This document shows, one piece after another, positions 1 through 9,506 of a stretch of 64,000 bases of DNA. Origin of the DNA: Vampirovibrio chlorellavorus (GTDB taxonomy: Bacteria > Cyanobacteriota > Vampirovibrionia > Vampirovibrionales > Vampirovibrionaceae); the NCBI GenBank assembly GCA_903866275.1, contig CAIPMU010000003.1:1805-65804 (forward strand). Direction: 5' to 3'. Numbering within the stretch: position 1 is the stretch's first letter; each line of letters begins with the position of its first letter. Under the pieces are notes generated by a model. It was not told the origin of the DNA, ran no database searches, and saw nothing but the letters and a program-made list of their open reading frames with translations. A program made the position numbers and the translations under genes.

Positions 1-1074
1 CAATTTTTGATGTGGATACTTTAACTCCAACGCAATCCGGAGGCCCAGGTATGGAAAATACAGGGTGGAGGTGTGGGATTCCCGTTGATAAATGTAGTGT
101 TTGTAATCGTCAATGAAATACCCCTCCGCATCGGTCTGTTGGGGGGCTTCTGGATTCTGATCCCGATAAGTGCCGTCGGATTGTTTTTTGACGGGCAGAA
201 ACGTGCTTTTTTGAAACAGGTTGCCTCCAGCGTCTACCAGATTATTGTTGGCGTCCCGCCAGTTTTTACCACTGAGGTGAAGTGGCCAGGCTTGTGTTTT
301 TATAAAGCCGTAGTACTTAAACCGGAAGAATAGCGGGTTGCCCCGGCTGACGCCATCAATATCCGAGCCGTGGTTGATGATTCCAATGTTACTCTTTTTC
401 TCCAGCAAGCCAGGCAGGATGCTGCGATAAAAGTTAAAATTCATGTGGCTGTTATTGAAAAAAACTTCGCCATCCTCATCTCGAATCAGATTCAGTGGCG
501 TATTGGCCGGGGCCTGATTCAGCTCCGATTCGACCTTGATAGAGAGTGGCTGGAGGCGTTCGATATCCTGCGGCGTCAGGTCTTTGCCAAGTTGCTGGCT
601 TTCGCTCAAGTCGTTGGTCAGGTTCATGCTGAGGTAGACGTTCGGGTACTGTTTGAACGCATTGACCAGCTGGGCATCTCCAGCCTCGTTTCCCTTGCGG
701 GGAGATACGAACATGATGTCATAGAGTAGGCTTCTGGCCCCAATCTGGTTCAGGAACTTAATCATCCGGGCATGCACATCCCTGGGCCAGGGCCAGACCC
801 CGAAATCATCGCTCAGGGTATTTAGGCTGGCATCGTCAAATTGCAGTATGACAACATCCTGGCTGGGGCGGTTCTTGTTTTTATCCCACTGGATTTGGGC
901 CCGAAGGTCATAGGTTTTTAGCTCGAGCTGTTCCACGATCTGGTCTATTTTCAGCGCGTTCAGGCTGATAAATATCAGAATAAGCACCAACAGAGAAATC
1001 AAGGCGGCCAGAATACGTCTGAACGTCAGTTCTACTTTGGATATTTTTTCGGGTGCTTCCTGGTTTTTGCTCAC
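1..1074 (-). CDS. CHASE2 domain-containing sensor protein (N-terminal part; gene continues beyond window start)
   Basis: Minus-strand frame (GTG start near 1074) translates to VSKNQEAPEKISKVELTFRRILAALISLLVLILIFISLN...FGVWPWPRDVHARMIKFLNQ.... The single N-terminal TM followed by the VWPWPRDVHA motif is typical of CHASE2. Absent from the ORF track because it is truncated by the window edge; the listed + ORF 370..729 is its antisense shadow. Confidence 0.65.
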   Translation of the reverse strand, partial: MSKNQEAPEKISKVELTFRRILAALISLLVLILIFISLNALKIDQIVEQLELKTYDLRAQIQWDKNKNRPSQDVVILQFDDASLNTLSDDFGVWPWPRDVHARMIKFLNQIGARSLLYDIMFVSPRKGNEAGDAQLVNAFKQYPNVYLSMNLTNDLSESQQLGKDLTPQDIERLQPLSIKVESELNQAPANTPLNLIRDEDGEVFFNNSHMNFNFYRSILPGLLEKKSNIGIINHGSDIDGVSRGNPLFFRFKYYGFIKTQAWPLHLSGKNWRDANNNLVDAGGNLFQKSTFLPVKKQSDGTYRDQNPEAPQQTDAEGYFIDDYKHYIYQRESHTSTLYFPYLGLRIALELKYPHQKL

Positions 1075-1289
1075 AAACAGGGCTCCTGTGTAAAGTTTGC
1101 ACTGAAACAGGTTATAGGGAGTGTATCGACCAAAATGTGTTGAAATTGAATTTTTTTTTGTGAGGCATGGTTCGGTCTCGATTTGTAACTGTTTTTTGAA
1201 ATTTTGCCTTCACAGGTCATGCGTCGCCATTTGCAGGGTTTTATTTGTATATAAGATTTATATGGAAGTTATGGTAAAGGAGCTTGTCT

Positions 1290-3125
1290 ATGAGTTCAAA
1301 TACGCAGTCTGAAGCGCAGGATTACGGGTTTCCTGAGGATGCCCAAGTTGCCTTTCATCCGTTTCTCTCCCAGCCATCCACTGCTTCTCAGGGGTTGCTG
1401 GCGCATTTGCAAGTGGGACTGCCAAATCCATTGGACTTGCTCCTGAATGCGGACACTAGTGCTGCTCAATCCTTGCTGGAAGAGCGCTCGTCGATTAGCC
1501 CCCTGAAACCCGCTGCGGTAGGGTTATCGGCAGGGCAAGCCGTGGCGACTGTTTCGCCCCTCAATCCCACACATATGCTGCTGGATCAGGGTGTGCGCTT
1601 GTCCTGGTCCAAGATTTGGGATATTCAGGCCCATTACTATGCCAATCAGGGGGTTAATGCCTGGGAAAATGCCGTTCCCAATTTCGTAACCAGCAGCGTC
1701 TATATGGCAGAAAGCTACGCTGAAAGCATTCTGGCTTTTTTAACCGATTACTATGACCAACTGGATTTGAACGAGCCGCTGTATGTGGTGGAAATGGCCA
1801 CCGGGGCTGGGCGCTTCAGTTTTCATCTGTTGCGGGAACTTACCCGTAAGATGGCCGCGTTTTCCCGTTTTCGGGCGGTGAAGCTGCGCTATGTGATGAC
1901 GGACTTTACGGTCAATAATGTCGAATTCTGGCAGTCTCACGAGCGTTTTGCACCCTTTGTGGCGCAAGGCGTACTGGACTTTGCGGTGTTTAATCCACTG
2001 GAAGATGATTCTTTCACCCTGACCTTGAGCGGTCAACGGCTTGCAGCGGGTCAAGTGGTCAATCCCATGATTGCCATTGCCAACTACTTTTTCGATTCCA
2101 TTCCGATGGATGTCTTCCGGGTGGAAAACAAAACGCTGAAAGAGGGACTAGTTTATTTGGAACGCAGTCTGGAAGGCATTGATCCGGATTCATTTCCGCA
2201 TATTGGTCAGGTCACGCCGCATTTTCAGTATCGTGAGTTGCTGAACAGGCACTATTATCCGGATGCCGGTATGAACGCAGTGCTAAATACATATCGGCAC
2301 CAGATTAAGGCCGGAACGGTGCTGTTTCCGGTGGGCGCGTTCGATGTGGTACGTCGTTTGCAAGCCATTTCCAGTCAGCGTCTGGTGTTACTCTCCTCGG
2401 ATAAGGCCTACACCTGTGCTGAGGACATGATTCAGTTTGAGACGCATGAGTATGCCATTCATGACGGGGCATTTTCTTATATGGTGAACTATCACGCTTT
2501 GGCTGAGTACTTTCAGCAACAGGGCGGGCAGTTTTTTTGCACTACAGCTAAAAACCTGAGTGTCCAAACGGTGTGCCTGATCTCGATGCCCGCACAGGAA
2601 CAGCCTTTGGAGCATCTGCGTTATGTTTTTGAGGAAAAGATAGACCGCGCCAATCCAGCTGCGGCCCTGTGTGCCACCATGCCCGGTAAAGAGTCCAAAT
2701 CGACCCCGGTGGAGCGTCTGAACTATTTACTGGCCCAGTTGCGGATGCAATTGGCAGACCCCTTTGTGTTTCCGATGGTGACTGCTGAGTTGGTCGATCT
2801 GATTGGCCATGGCTGGCGCAATCATCATCTTGACCTGCTCAACCTGATGGATGCCGCGCTGGACAACTATTACTGGTGTCCAGGCGAGAGCAAGCTACCG
2901 TTCTGGCTCAGCGAGATTTACTATGCGATGGGTCATCATGAGCAAAGTTTGAACTGCCTGCAGATGACCAGCCGTCTGTTTGGTGATGATGAAGTCCTGC
3001 TTTTTCTGATGGGTCAAAACTATGAGCAAATGCAGCAGCTGGCGCAGGCACGAGCCTGTTATGAGTCAGCGTTGGCGATTAACCCTGAGTATTCGCACGC
3101 CATCGAGGCCCTGAACGCTTTATAG
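1290..3125 (+). CDS. Putative SAM-dependent methyltransferase-like (MidA/DUF185-like) protein with C-terminal TPR-like region
   Basis: ATG at 1290 preceded by AAGGAG at 1277-1282; the track start at 1284 is TTG. Motif I-like VVEMATGAGRFS, then RYVMTDF, then IAIANYFFDSIP, resembling COG1565/MidA methyltransferases; C-terminal helical/TPR-like repeats. Confidence 0.45.
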   Translation: MSSNTQSEAQDYGFPEDAQVAFHPFLSQPSTASQGLLAHLQVGLPNPLDLLLNADTSAAQSLLEERSSISPLKPAAVGLSAGQAVATVSPLNPTHMLLDQGVRLSWSKIWDIQAHYYANQGVNAWENAVPNFVTSSVYMAESYAESILAFLTDYYDQLDLNEPLYVVEMATGAGRFSFHLLRELTRKMAAFSRFRAVKLRYVMTDFTVNNVEFWQSHERFAPFVAQGVLDFAVFNPLEDDSFTLTLSGQRLAAGQVVNPMIAIANYFFDSIPMDVFRVENKTLKEGLVYLERSLEGIDPDSFPHIGQVTPHFQYRELLNRHYYPDAGMNAVLNTYRHQIKAGTVLFPVGAFDVVRRLQAISSQRLVLLSSDKAYTCAEDMIQFETHEYAIHDGAFSYMVNYHALAEYFQQQGGQFFCTTAKNLSVQTVCLISMPAQEQPLEHLRYVFEEKIDRANPAAALCATMPGKESKSTPVERLNYLLAQLRMQLADPFVFPMVTAELVDLIGHGWRNHHLDLLNLMDAALDNYYWCPGESKLPFWLSEIYYAMGHHEQSLNCLQMTSRLFGDDEVLLFLMGQNYEQMQQLAQARACYESALAINPEYSHAIEALNAL

Positions 3126-3199
3126 GTGCGTGGCATAAGCCGGGAAACCCTTGGCCTTTTTGAGATTTGTGCTTTTGTTGTGCCAGTAAAGCCACCGAT

Positions 3200-4270
3200 T
3201 TAAAGCAGCAGGGCCAGCGCCAGTCCGCCAATCAGGATGAGTAGTCCTAACCCGGCCAGTACAAACGTCAAGTCCACGTCACGTTCTTCGTAATGAATGG
3301 TGCGCTCGTGAATCTGTTGGTATACCCGGCTGAAGTCGGCCTGCTGATACACCCGAAAGTAGCTCCCGTTGGCAATCTCGGCAATGCGCCGCAGGGTGCT
3401 TTCATCAAAGTTCACCGGTAATTCCAGTCCCCGATAGTGAATCATGCCGCCCTGACGACTGCCAATGCCAATGGTGTTGACAATCACATTCTCCTGCAAG
3501 GCGTCTCGGGCTGCCTGATCCCACGGGTAGCCCTCGTGGCTGTCTCCATCGCTGAGGAGAACAATCACGCGACCGGGCTTTTTGGTTTGGGACTTGGGTT
3601 TGGCCGGTGAGGAAGCGTCGTTTGTCTCTTCAGACTGGTTGTCTTGCCCGTTTTGCGAGGGCTTTGGCTCGCTCTGGGTCTGGGCTTGCGCCTCGGACTG
3701 GTTGAGCACTTTCAGCGCCCCTGCCAGCGCGCTGCCGATTTGCGTATGCTGTTTGAGATCCTCCTTGCGGAGGGCGCGCAAGTAGCCCTCTACTTCGTTG
3801 TGGCGGCTGGTGGGCGGGGTGAGCACATACGTATCCCCGGCAAACACCTCCAGCCCGATGCGGGAGTCTCTGGGCAGGCTTTGTACAAACTGGATGGCGG
3901 CTTCCTTGGCCGCCTCCAGTCGGTTGGGCGATATGTCATCGGCCATCATACTCAATGAAATATCCAGCACCAGCATCATATCCACGGCATTCATGGGTAC
4001 TTTGCCCACAATGGTGGGGCGAGCCAGCCCAACGATCAGAAAAAACGCCAGCAGGCTGGTGCAAATCGGGGCCAGTAGCCGTTTCCAAAGCGACGGTTGA
4101 CGCTGAATCTTTGCTAAAACGGCGGCATGGCTGAAGTTCAGGGCGGTTTGACGGATTTTGAAGCGCAGATGTCTTAAATAGAGCGCCCATCCTGCCGGAA
4201 TGAGCAGCAAGAGCAATAGAATCCAGGGCCATACAAAGTAAAAGGCGCTGATGTCTCTTAAATCTGGCAT
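3200..4270 (-). CDS. VWA domain protein, BatA-like (aerotolerance-type operon member)
   Basis: Two N-terminal TM helices followed by a VWA fold with MIDAS DxSxS (VLDISLSM); low-complexity Q/S/E linker; terminal gene of the MoxR-DUF58-VWA operon. Confidence 0.8.
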   Translation of the reverse strand: MPDLRDISAFYFVWPWILLLLLLIPAGWALYLRHLRFKIRQTALNFSHAAVLAKIQRQPSLWKRLLAPICTSLLAFFLIVGLARPTIVGKVPMNAVDMMLVLDISLSMMADDISPNRLEAAKEAAIQFVQSLPRDSRIGLEVFAGDTYVLTPPTSRHNEVEGYLRALRKEDLKQHTQIGSALAGALKVLNQSEAQAQTQSEPKPSQNGQDNQSEETNDASSPAKPKSQTKKPGRVIVLLSDGDSHEGYPWDQAARDALQENVIVNTIGIGSRQGGMIHYRGLELPVNFDESTLRRIAEIANGSYFRVYQQADFSRVYQQIHERTIHYEERDVDLTFVLAGLGLLILIGGLALALLL

Positions 4271-5274
4271 CGGGTAGCCTCCGGGCCATTGAGCAGCGCA
4301 AATAGACTTTGCATTGGGTCTGTACCAGTGAGGGCCACTGTGGCCACCCCCATACCACGCAGGGTCTTGAGCTGTTCGGTTTGTTGAAGCGAGATGGCGT
4401 GCCGGTAGGTCTCTCGCAGTAGGCTATCGTTGCTGTCGATTTGCACCAGGGCACCGCTTTCCGGGTCTTGCAGGGCCATCAGGCCCAAGCCTTCGGGCAG
4501 GGTGTTTTCCACGGCATCGACCAACATCAGGCAGAGCAACTGGGCCCGTCGGGCCAACTCCCCCAAGGGTGCTTGCCATGAGCTGCTTTGGGCCAGGAAG
4601 TCACTGAGGAAAATGACAGTGTGCTGCTTTTTAACCAGATGGCTCAGCTGTTGGCAAGCCCGGGGTAAAGGATCATGGGCTGATTGGGTGCCCGTCCTCG
4701 GAGCCTCTTGGGTTTGGGTGTGCTGCAAAGTGTGGAGCAAGGTTTGCATGAGCGCCTGACTTTGCGCTTGCCCGGTTTTGGGCGGCAGGATATGGTTTTC
4801 GTTACCGGTGATCATCAGAGCGCCCAGTTTGTGGTGTGCATTTTGGGCCAGCAGGCTAACCAGTCCTGCCAGTTCAATGGCTTGCTCTGCCTTGGTTTGC
4901 CACTGCCCAAAGTGCATAGAGGGCGTTAAATCAACCACGACCCACAGGGTGAGCTGTTTTTCTTCCTGATACTCTCGCACGTAAGGGGTTAAGGTGCGGG
5001 CAAACACACTCCAGTCCATCTTGCGAATGTCATCACCGGGGGTGTATTCCCGCAGACCACTAAAATCCAGCCCTTGACCCTTCATACGGCTTTTGCGCTC
5101 ACCCGTCAAGGCAAAACGGACCTGTTTTTTCAGCAGTAAATCCAGTCGTTTCAGCATGGCTTCCGCTGTTTCCGGCGTGGGGGATGGTTCTGGCCCCTGC
5201 GGCAAACAGGCCACCGGATTGAGCAGTGGCGCAAACCACTCCTGCCAGTCGAGACAGCGCCGAACGGCCTGCAT
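4258..5274 (-). CDS. DUF58 domain protein (MoxR-associated)
   Basis: Sits between the MoxR ATPase and the VWA protein, with 13-nt overlap to the downstream VWA gene; DUF58-type sequence (REYTPGDDIRKMDW motif). Confidence 0.75.
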   Translation of the reverse strand: MQAVRRCLDWQEWFAPLLNPVACLPQGPEPSPTPETAEAMLKRLDLLLKKQVRFALTGERKSRMKGQGLDFSGLREYTPGDDIRKMDWSVFARTLTPYVREYQEEKQLTLWVVVDLTPSMHFGQWQTKAEQAIELAGLVSLLAQNAHHKLGALMITGNENHILPPKTGQAQSQALMQTLLHTLQHTQTQEAPRTGTQSAHDPLPRACQQLSHLVKKQHTVIFLSDFLAQSSSWQAPLGELARRAQLLCLMLVDAVENTLPEGLGLMALQDPESGALVQIDSNDSLLRETYRHAISLQQTEQLKTLRGMGVATVALTGTDPMQSLFALLNGPEATRCQI

Positions 5275-5277
5275 GTC

Positions 5278-6252
5278 TTACACTCCCGTCAAAACAGGCA
5301 CGGGCACCGCTTGGCAGATTTCGTCCAGCAGTTTGTCCGGGGTTAATCCGTTGGCCATGCCCTCGTAGGAGAGAATCATGCGGTGGCGGAGACAGTCATG
5401 GGTGAGCTTTTGCAGGTCCGCCGGGGTGACATAGGTGCGTCCGTTCATCAGGGCCAGTGCTTTGCTGGCATTGGCAAGCGCCAGCGAACCGCGAGGCGAG
5501 GCGCCATACAGAATGCCGGGCCGGTTGGGCTGGCGGGTGGCGTCAATCAAATCCACGATGTACTGCATGAGCTTGGGGTCCAGATAGACGGCCTGCACCT
5601 GTTTGCTGATGCGTAAAATGGCCGCTGCATCCATCACGGCTTCCAGTGCGGGCAGGCTCTCCCCGCTCATGCGCTGGATGATGATCATTTCCTCTTCCGC
5701 GCTGGGGTAAGGCACCACCAGCTTGAACAAAAAGCGATCCAGTTGCGCTTCCGGCAGGTTAAACGTGCCTTCCGACTCAATCGGGTTCTGGGTGGCCATC
5801 ACCAAAAAAGGCGCGCTCAGCGGGAAGGTTTCCCGGCCAATGGTGACTTGTCGCTCTTGCATGGCTTCCAGTAGCGCGCTTTGCACTTTGGCCGGTGCCC
5901 GGTTGATTTCATCGGCCAGCACAAAATTGGCGAAAATGGGTCCTTGTTCGGTGCTGAACTGCCCGTTGGCGGGATTATAAATGCGGGTGCCAATGAGATC
6001 CGAGGGTAGTAAGTCCGGGGTGAACTGAATGCGCTTGAATTCCAGCGCCATGACCTGACTCAGGCATTTCAGCGTGAGCGTTTTGGCCAGCCCCGGCGCG
6101 CCTTCCACCAGCACATGCCCGCCACATATCGCGGCCAGAACCAGGCGCTCCAGCAGGTGCTCCTGTCCGACGATCACTTTTTTTAGCTCATACAGCGTTC
6201 GCTCCAACAGGGCTTGCGCTTCCTGAGCCTGACTTTCCACTAACTGACTCAT
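5278..6252 (-). CDS. MoxR-family AAA+ ATPase
   Basis: Walker A GAPGLAKT, Walker B LLADEINRA, ~320 aa, typical MoxR length and motifs. Confidence 0.9.
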   Translation of the reverse strand: MSQLVESQAQEAQALLERTLYELKKVIVGQEHLLERLVLAAICGGHVLVEGAPGLAKTLTLKCLSQVMALEFKRIQFTPDLLPSDLIGTRIYNPANGQFSTEQGPIFANFVLADEINRAPAKVQSALLEAMQERQVTIGRETFPLSAPFLVMATQNPIESEGTFNLPEAQLDRFLFKLVVPYPSAEEEMIIIQRMSGESLPALEAVMDAAAILRISKQVQAVYLDPKLMQYIVDLIDATRQPNRPGILYGASPRGSLALANASKALALMNGRTYVTPADLQKLTHDCLRHRMILSYEGMANGLTPDKLLDEICQAVPVPVLTGV

Positions 6253-6328
6253 AAGCCTATTTTACACCTGCTTTTCTAAAATGGTGCATCCCCCAGCGAT
6301 TTGGTTTTGCGTTGATGTCCGAATATGT

Positions 6329-7441
6329 CTAGTGGGACGCGGAGGGTTGAGCCAGGGCTTGATGCACGGCACTCAGCATCGTCTCGACCGGCAAGTTCAG
6401 GCAGACCGGCTGATCACAGCAGGTGTTCCGGACATCCCAGAGGCAGGGGCGGCAACTTAAATCCGGGACGGTGACGGCCTGAAAGCGGGCATCGTTGGGG
6501 GGCAGCAGTTTTTTCTCATCGGTAGGCCCAAACAGGGCAACCAGCGGTTTTTGATACCCCACCGCGAGATGCATGGGCGATGAATCCACGCAGAGCAGGA
6601 GATCGCTGGCCACAATGAGCGCACCCAGCTGGCGCAGGTTTTTGGTCTGGCCGTAGAGGTTGGTAAAGCCCGGCCAGTTCTGAGGCAGTGTGCGCTCAAT
6701 TTCCTCGACCGAAGCCTGGTCATCGGGCCCGCCCACCAGAAAAACCCGGTGCCCTTCGGTCGTGAGTTTCTGGATCAGTTCTGCCCAATGGGTGGGCACC
6801 CAGCTTTTCAAAATGTTTTTTTGCACGCTAATCGTGCTCACACCGGGATGAATCAGGATTTTGTTCCCAGGTTCATCGGGGCGTAGGATGCCTTTGGCCC
6901 AGTGCAAATCTTCCAGCGTGGGGCGCTTGAGATGGGGCAACACAGTCTGGGTGGGGCTGTATTGATCTTTCAGCAGCCACTGCAGAAAGCTTTGGGCCAG
7001 CGCAAAGTACATTTGTCCCGCATAGCCCTTGCGATCATGCTTGGGGGCCAGTGGCGCTTCCACGCTGAGGAGCGCTTTGCTGACCGCGCCGGTCTGAAAA
7101 CCCACGCGCACCGGAATGCCGCTCAGCCAGAGCAGTACGGGAATGAAAGGACTGCTGCCGCTGGAAATCACGGCGTCATAATATTGCCCCTTCAGCATAC
7201 GCCACAGCTGAAAGAAGGTCTGCATGCGAGACTGTCCCTGCACGTTCAGCTCTTTGACGCTGTCGACCTGGGAAAGCAGTTCTTTCACCGAGCGACTGCG
7301 GTCTTCCAGAAAGAGGGTGGTGTGCGCATGGGGCAATGCGTTGCGGACTTCCTCAATCACCGGGGCAAAGAGAATTTCATCTCCAATGCCCCCAAAGTTG
7401 ATGAAGGCAATTTTTTTGAACGTTTCAGGTGTGGGGGCCAT
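6329..7441 (-). CDS. Glycosyltransferase family 9 (LPS heptosyltransferase-like)
   Basis: IAFINFGGIGDEILFAPV N-terminus and C-terminal HPGVS...W.......L....G..VFLVGGP pattern typical of RfaF/WaaC heptosyltransferases. Confidence 0.75.
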   Translation of the reverse strand: MAPTPETFKKIAFINFGGIGDEILFAPVIEEVRNALPHAHTTLFLEDRSRSVKELLSQVDSVKELNVQGQSRMQTFFQLWRMLKGQYYDAVISSGSSPFIPVLLWLSGIPVRVGFQTGAVSKALLSVEAPLAPKHDRKGYAGQMYFALAQSFLQWLLKDQYSPTQTVLPHLKRPTLEDLHWAKGILRPDEPGNKILIHPGVSTISVQKNILKSWVPTHWAELIQKLTTEGHRVFLVGGPDDQASVEEIERTLPQNWPGFTNLYGQTKNLRQLGALIVASDLLLCVDSSPMHLAVGYQKPLVALFGPTDEKKLLPPNDARFQAVTVPDLSCRPCLWDVRNTCCDQPVCLNLPVETMLSAVHQALAQPSASH

Positions 7442-8907
7442 CAGTGTTGCCCTTTCCCATCTGGAAGGGCCTTGGGTTCGCTCAATTTAGCCAGCGAAGC
7501 AACCATGAACCAGAAGGGCAGGTTCACGGAGGGGCGATACCAGATGGTGTCAAAGATGCCATACATAAACGAGCCGATAATCCCGGTGAGCAAGGCTCCT
7601 GCCAGCAACTTCTGCTGCAGGCTCAGTTGCGGAGAGTCCAGTGCGAGGGCGGTACGCAGGATCAGCACCAGCAACAGCGACAGGAAGATGCTCAAGCCAA
7701 TGAATCCCTGCTCCACCGTGATTTCCAGCGGCACGCTGTAAGAGCCCAGTGCGTTATAGCCGGGCACCATGTAGAGTCCATAGACCAGCTTGAAGGTACT
7801 ATTGCCCGGCCCAATCCCCACGATGGGGTTGTCTCGCACCATGTGCATGGCGCTGTTGTAGACGTTAAAACGATAGGAAATGCTGCTGTCCTCGCGCATG
7901 GCGAAAATAGAGGCTACCCGAGTACGAATCTTTTCGGAACTCATCACGCCGCCGCCAATGGCCAGCACGCTGACCAGCAGGACAATCAGCCAGGCTGGCT
8001 TCATCCACCGAGCAGTCTGCAGTTCCCGCTCGTACCAGATGAGATGACCGAGGTAGCCAAACATGATCACCAGCATGCTGCCAATGGCCAGAAAGCCACC
8101 CCGAGAGCCTGTAAAGACAATGGCCACCAGAATAATTGCGGATATGGCGACCAGCGCGAGCGCCAGAGGCAGGGTTTTTTTGCGGAAAAACAACAGCGAA
8201 GAGCCCGCCGCTGCTGCCAGACAGGGAATGAGAAAACCTGCCAACAGGTTGGGGTTCGATGGCTTCAGGGTGCCAAAAATGCGATCCATCTGCAGTTCAG
8301 GGTTAATGCTTTGATCCGACCAGGTGGCCAGCGGTTGAATGTGGTTGATGTGCTGATAAAAGCCAATCAGGGATTCCCCCAGTCCCAGCAGGGCCAACAG
8401 GCCGAATAGCCCGCCCACCGTGCGGTGTCCTTGTTCACTCAGTACCCGAAACACCACATAGCCCGCCACAAAGGTCAGCATCTTGGCCAGACCGATTAGG
8501 CTGGTATGCCAAAACGATGAAAATGCTGTGGAAAGCAGGGCTGACCCCAGGAAGCAGGCCACGATCAGGTCAATGATGGTCAGTTTGTGAAGGACGTTGG
8601 GCCTCAGTACCAGCCAGGCAAGCACGCTCAGGGCAAACAGAAGCCATGTTAAGCCGCCAATCAGGCCCGTGCCCGCAAAGGTGAACAACACGAACAGGCC
8701 CGTCGCGCCCAGCGTGAGTATCCACTGAAAGGCGTTGTTCAGCTTGCCAGGGGTGGATGCGCCAGTCCCGCTAAGGCAGGCCGACACTGGCCTTAAAAGC
8801 ACGGCATTGCTCAACCAGACCGTGACCCGTTCGCTACTTGATTCTGCCAGAGCGACCCAGGGGCGCAGAAGCCATGAGTTTTCCAGTGTGGTCTTCAGGT
8901 TTGACAT
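7441..8907 (-). CDS. O-antigen ligase / Wzy_C-family polytopic membrane protein
   Basis: About 12 TM helices with a large periplasmic loop (TGSRGGFLAIGSMLVIM); 1-nt overlap with the upstream GT9 gene. Confidence 0.65.
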   Translation of the reverse strand: MSNLKTTLENSWLLRPWVALAESSSERVTVWLSNAVLLRPVSACLSGTGASTPGKLNNAFQWILTLGATGLFVLFTFAGTGLIGGLTWLLFALSVLAWLVLRPNVLHKLTIIDLIVACFLGSALLSTAFSSFWHTSLIGLAKMLTFVAGYVVFRVLSEQGHRTVGGLFGLLALLGLGESLIGFYQHINHIQPLATWSDQSINPELQMDRIFGTLKPSNPNLLAGFLIPCLAAAAGSSLLFFRKKTLPLALALVAISAIILVAIVFTGSRGGFLAIGSMLVIMFGYLGHLIWYERELQTARWMKPAWLIVLLVSVLAIGGGVMSSEKIRTRVASIFAMREDSSISYRFNVYNSAMHMVRDNPIVGIGPGNSTFKLVYGLYMVPGYNALGSYSVPLEITVEQGFIGLSIFLSLLLVLILRTALALDSPQLSLQQKLLAGALLTGIIGSFMYGIFDTIWYRPSVNLPFWFMVASLAKLSEPKALPDGKGQH

Positions 8908-8910
8908 CGT

Positions 8911-9465
8911 TTATTGGGGTTTAACGGGGTTGGCAGGTGTTGCGGTGCTGTCACTGGCGACTTCTTTCACGCCAATGATCATGCCGGGCACGCGGTAGTC
9001 CTTGCCTTCCACTTCAATGTTCAGGCCGATTTTAACCTTGATGCCCTCGGTCACATACCCGTCATTGGTGAACTGCGCGTGATCCTTCAGGGTGACCCGA
9101 TAATCGTTGCCCAGTGGGTCAGCCGGGTCACTGACGGTTTTGAGTTGTCCGTTGGGCAGCATGAACGAGGATTGCTTAGGCGTCTGTTGCACGGCCACAA
9201 TACTGACTTCACCCCGCGGCTGGTTGCGAATGGTGATAGAGAGCTTTTTGCCCGGCACAAACAGGTTGGGCTGCAGCGTTTTCAGGTTGCGAATGTAGAC
9301 GGTGTACTCAATATCGCCTTCGCCCTTGATAACCTGCCCCGAAGTTCTGTACATACCCGACTGCACGGCCATAATGCCCAGGGTTACCAGCAAGCCCAGC
9401 GCCATCCCGCCAAAATCTATGACATTCATCTTGCCAAACAGCCTGCCTGAAGAATCAATCATCAT
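8911..9465 (-). CDS. DUF4330-like protein (N-terminal TM anchor)
   Basis: MMIDSSGRLFGKMNVIDFGGMALGLLVTLGIMAV N-terminus resembles the DUF4330 family; embedded in the LPS/purine gene string. Confidence 0.5.
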   Translation of the reverse strand: MMIDSSGRLFGKMNVIDFGGMALGLLVTLGIMAVQSGMYRTSGQVIKGEGDIEYTVYIRNLKTLQPNLFVPGKKLSITIRNQPRGEVSIVAVQQTPKQSSFMLPNGQLKTVSDPADPLGNDYRVTLKDHAQFTNDGYVTEGIKVKIGLNIEVEGKDYRVPGMIIGVKEVASDSTATPANPVKPQ

Positions 9466-9506
9466 GGGTGCGTCTCTCTCTCAAGTTAGGGGATGCCTTA
9501 AGGGGG

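Noticed and set aside
370-729. 119-aa + strand ORF in the first kilobase
   Set aside because: Antisense shadow of the minus-strand CHASE2 sensor gene, which has the coherent CHASE2 translation. The same logic applies to many track ORFs lying opposite strong genes, for example 6902..7741, 7429..8409, 21317..22153, 36411..37391, 43156..44070, 56866..57564 and 58848..59339.
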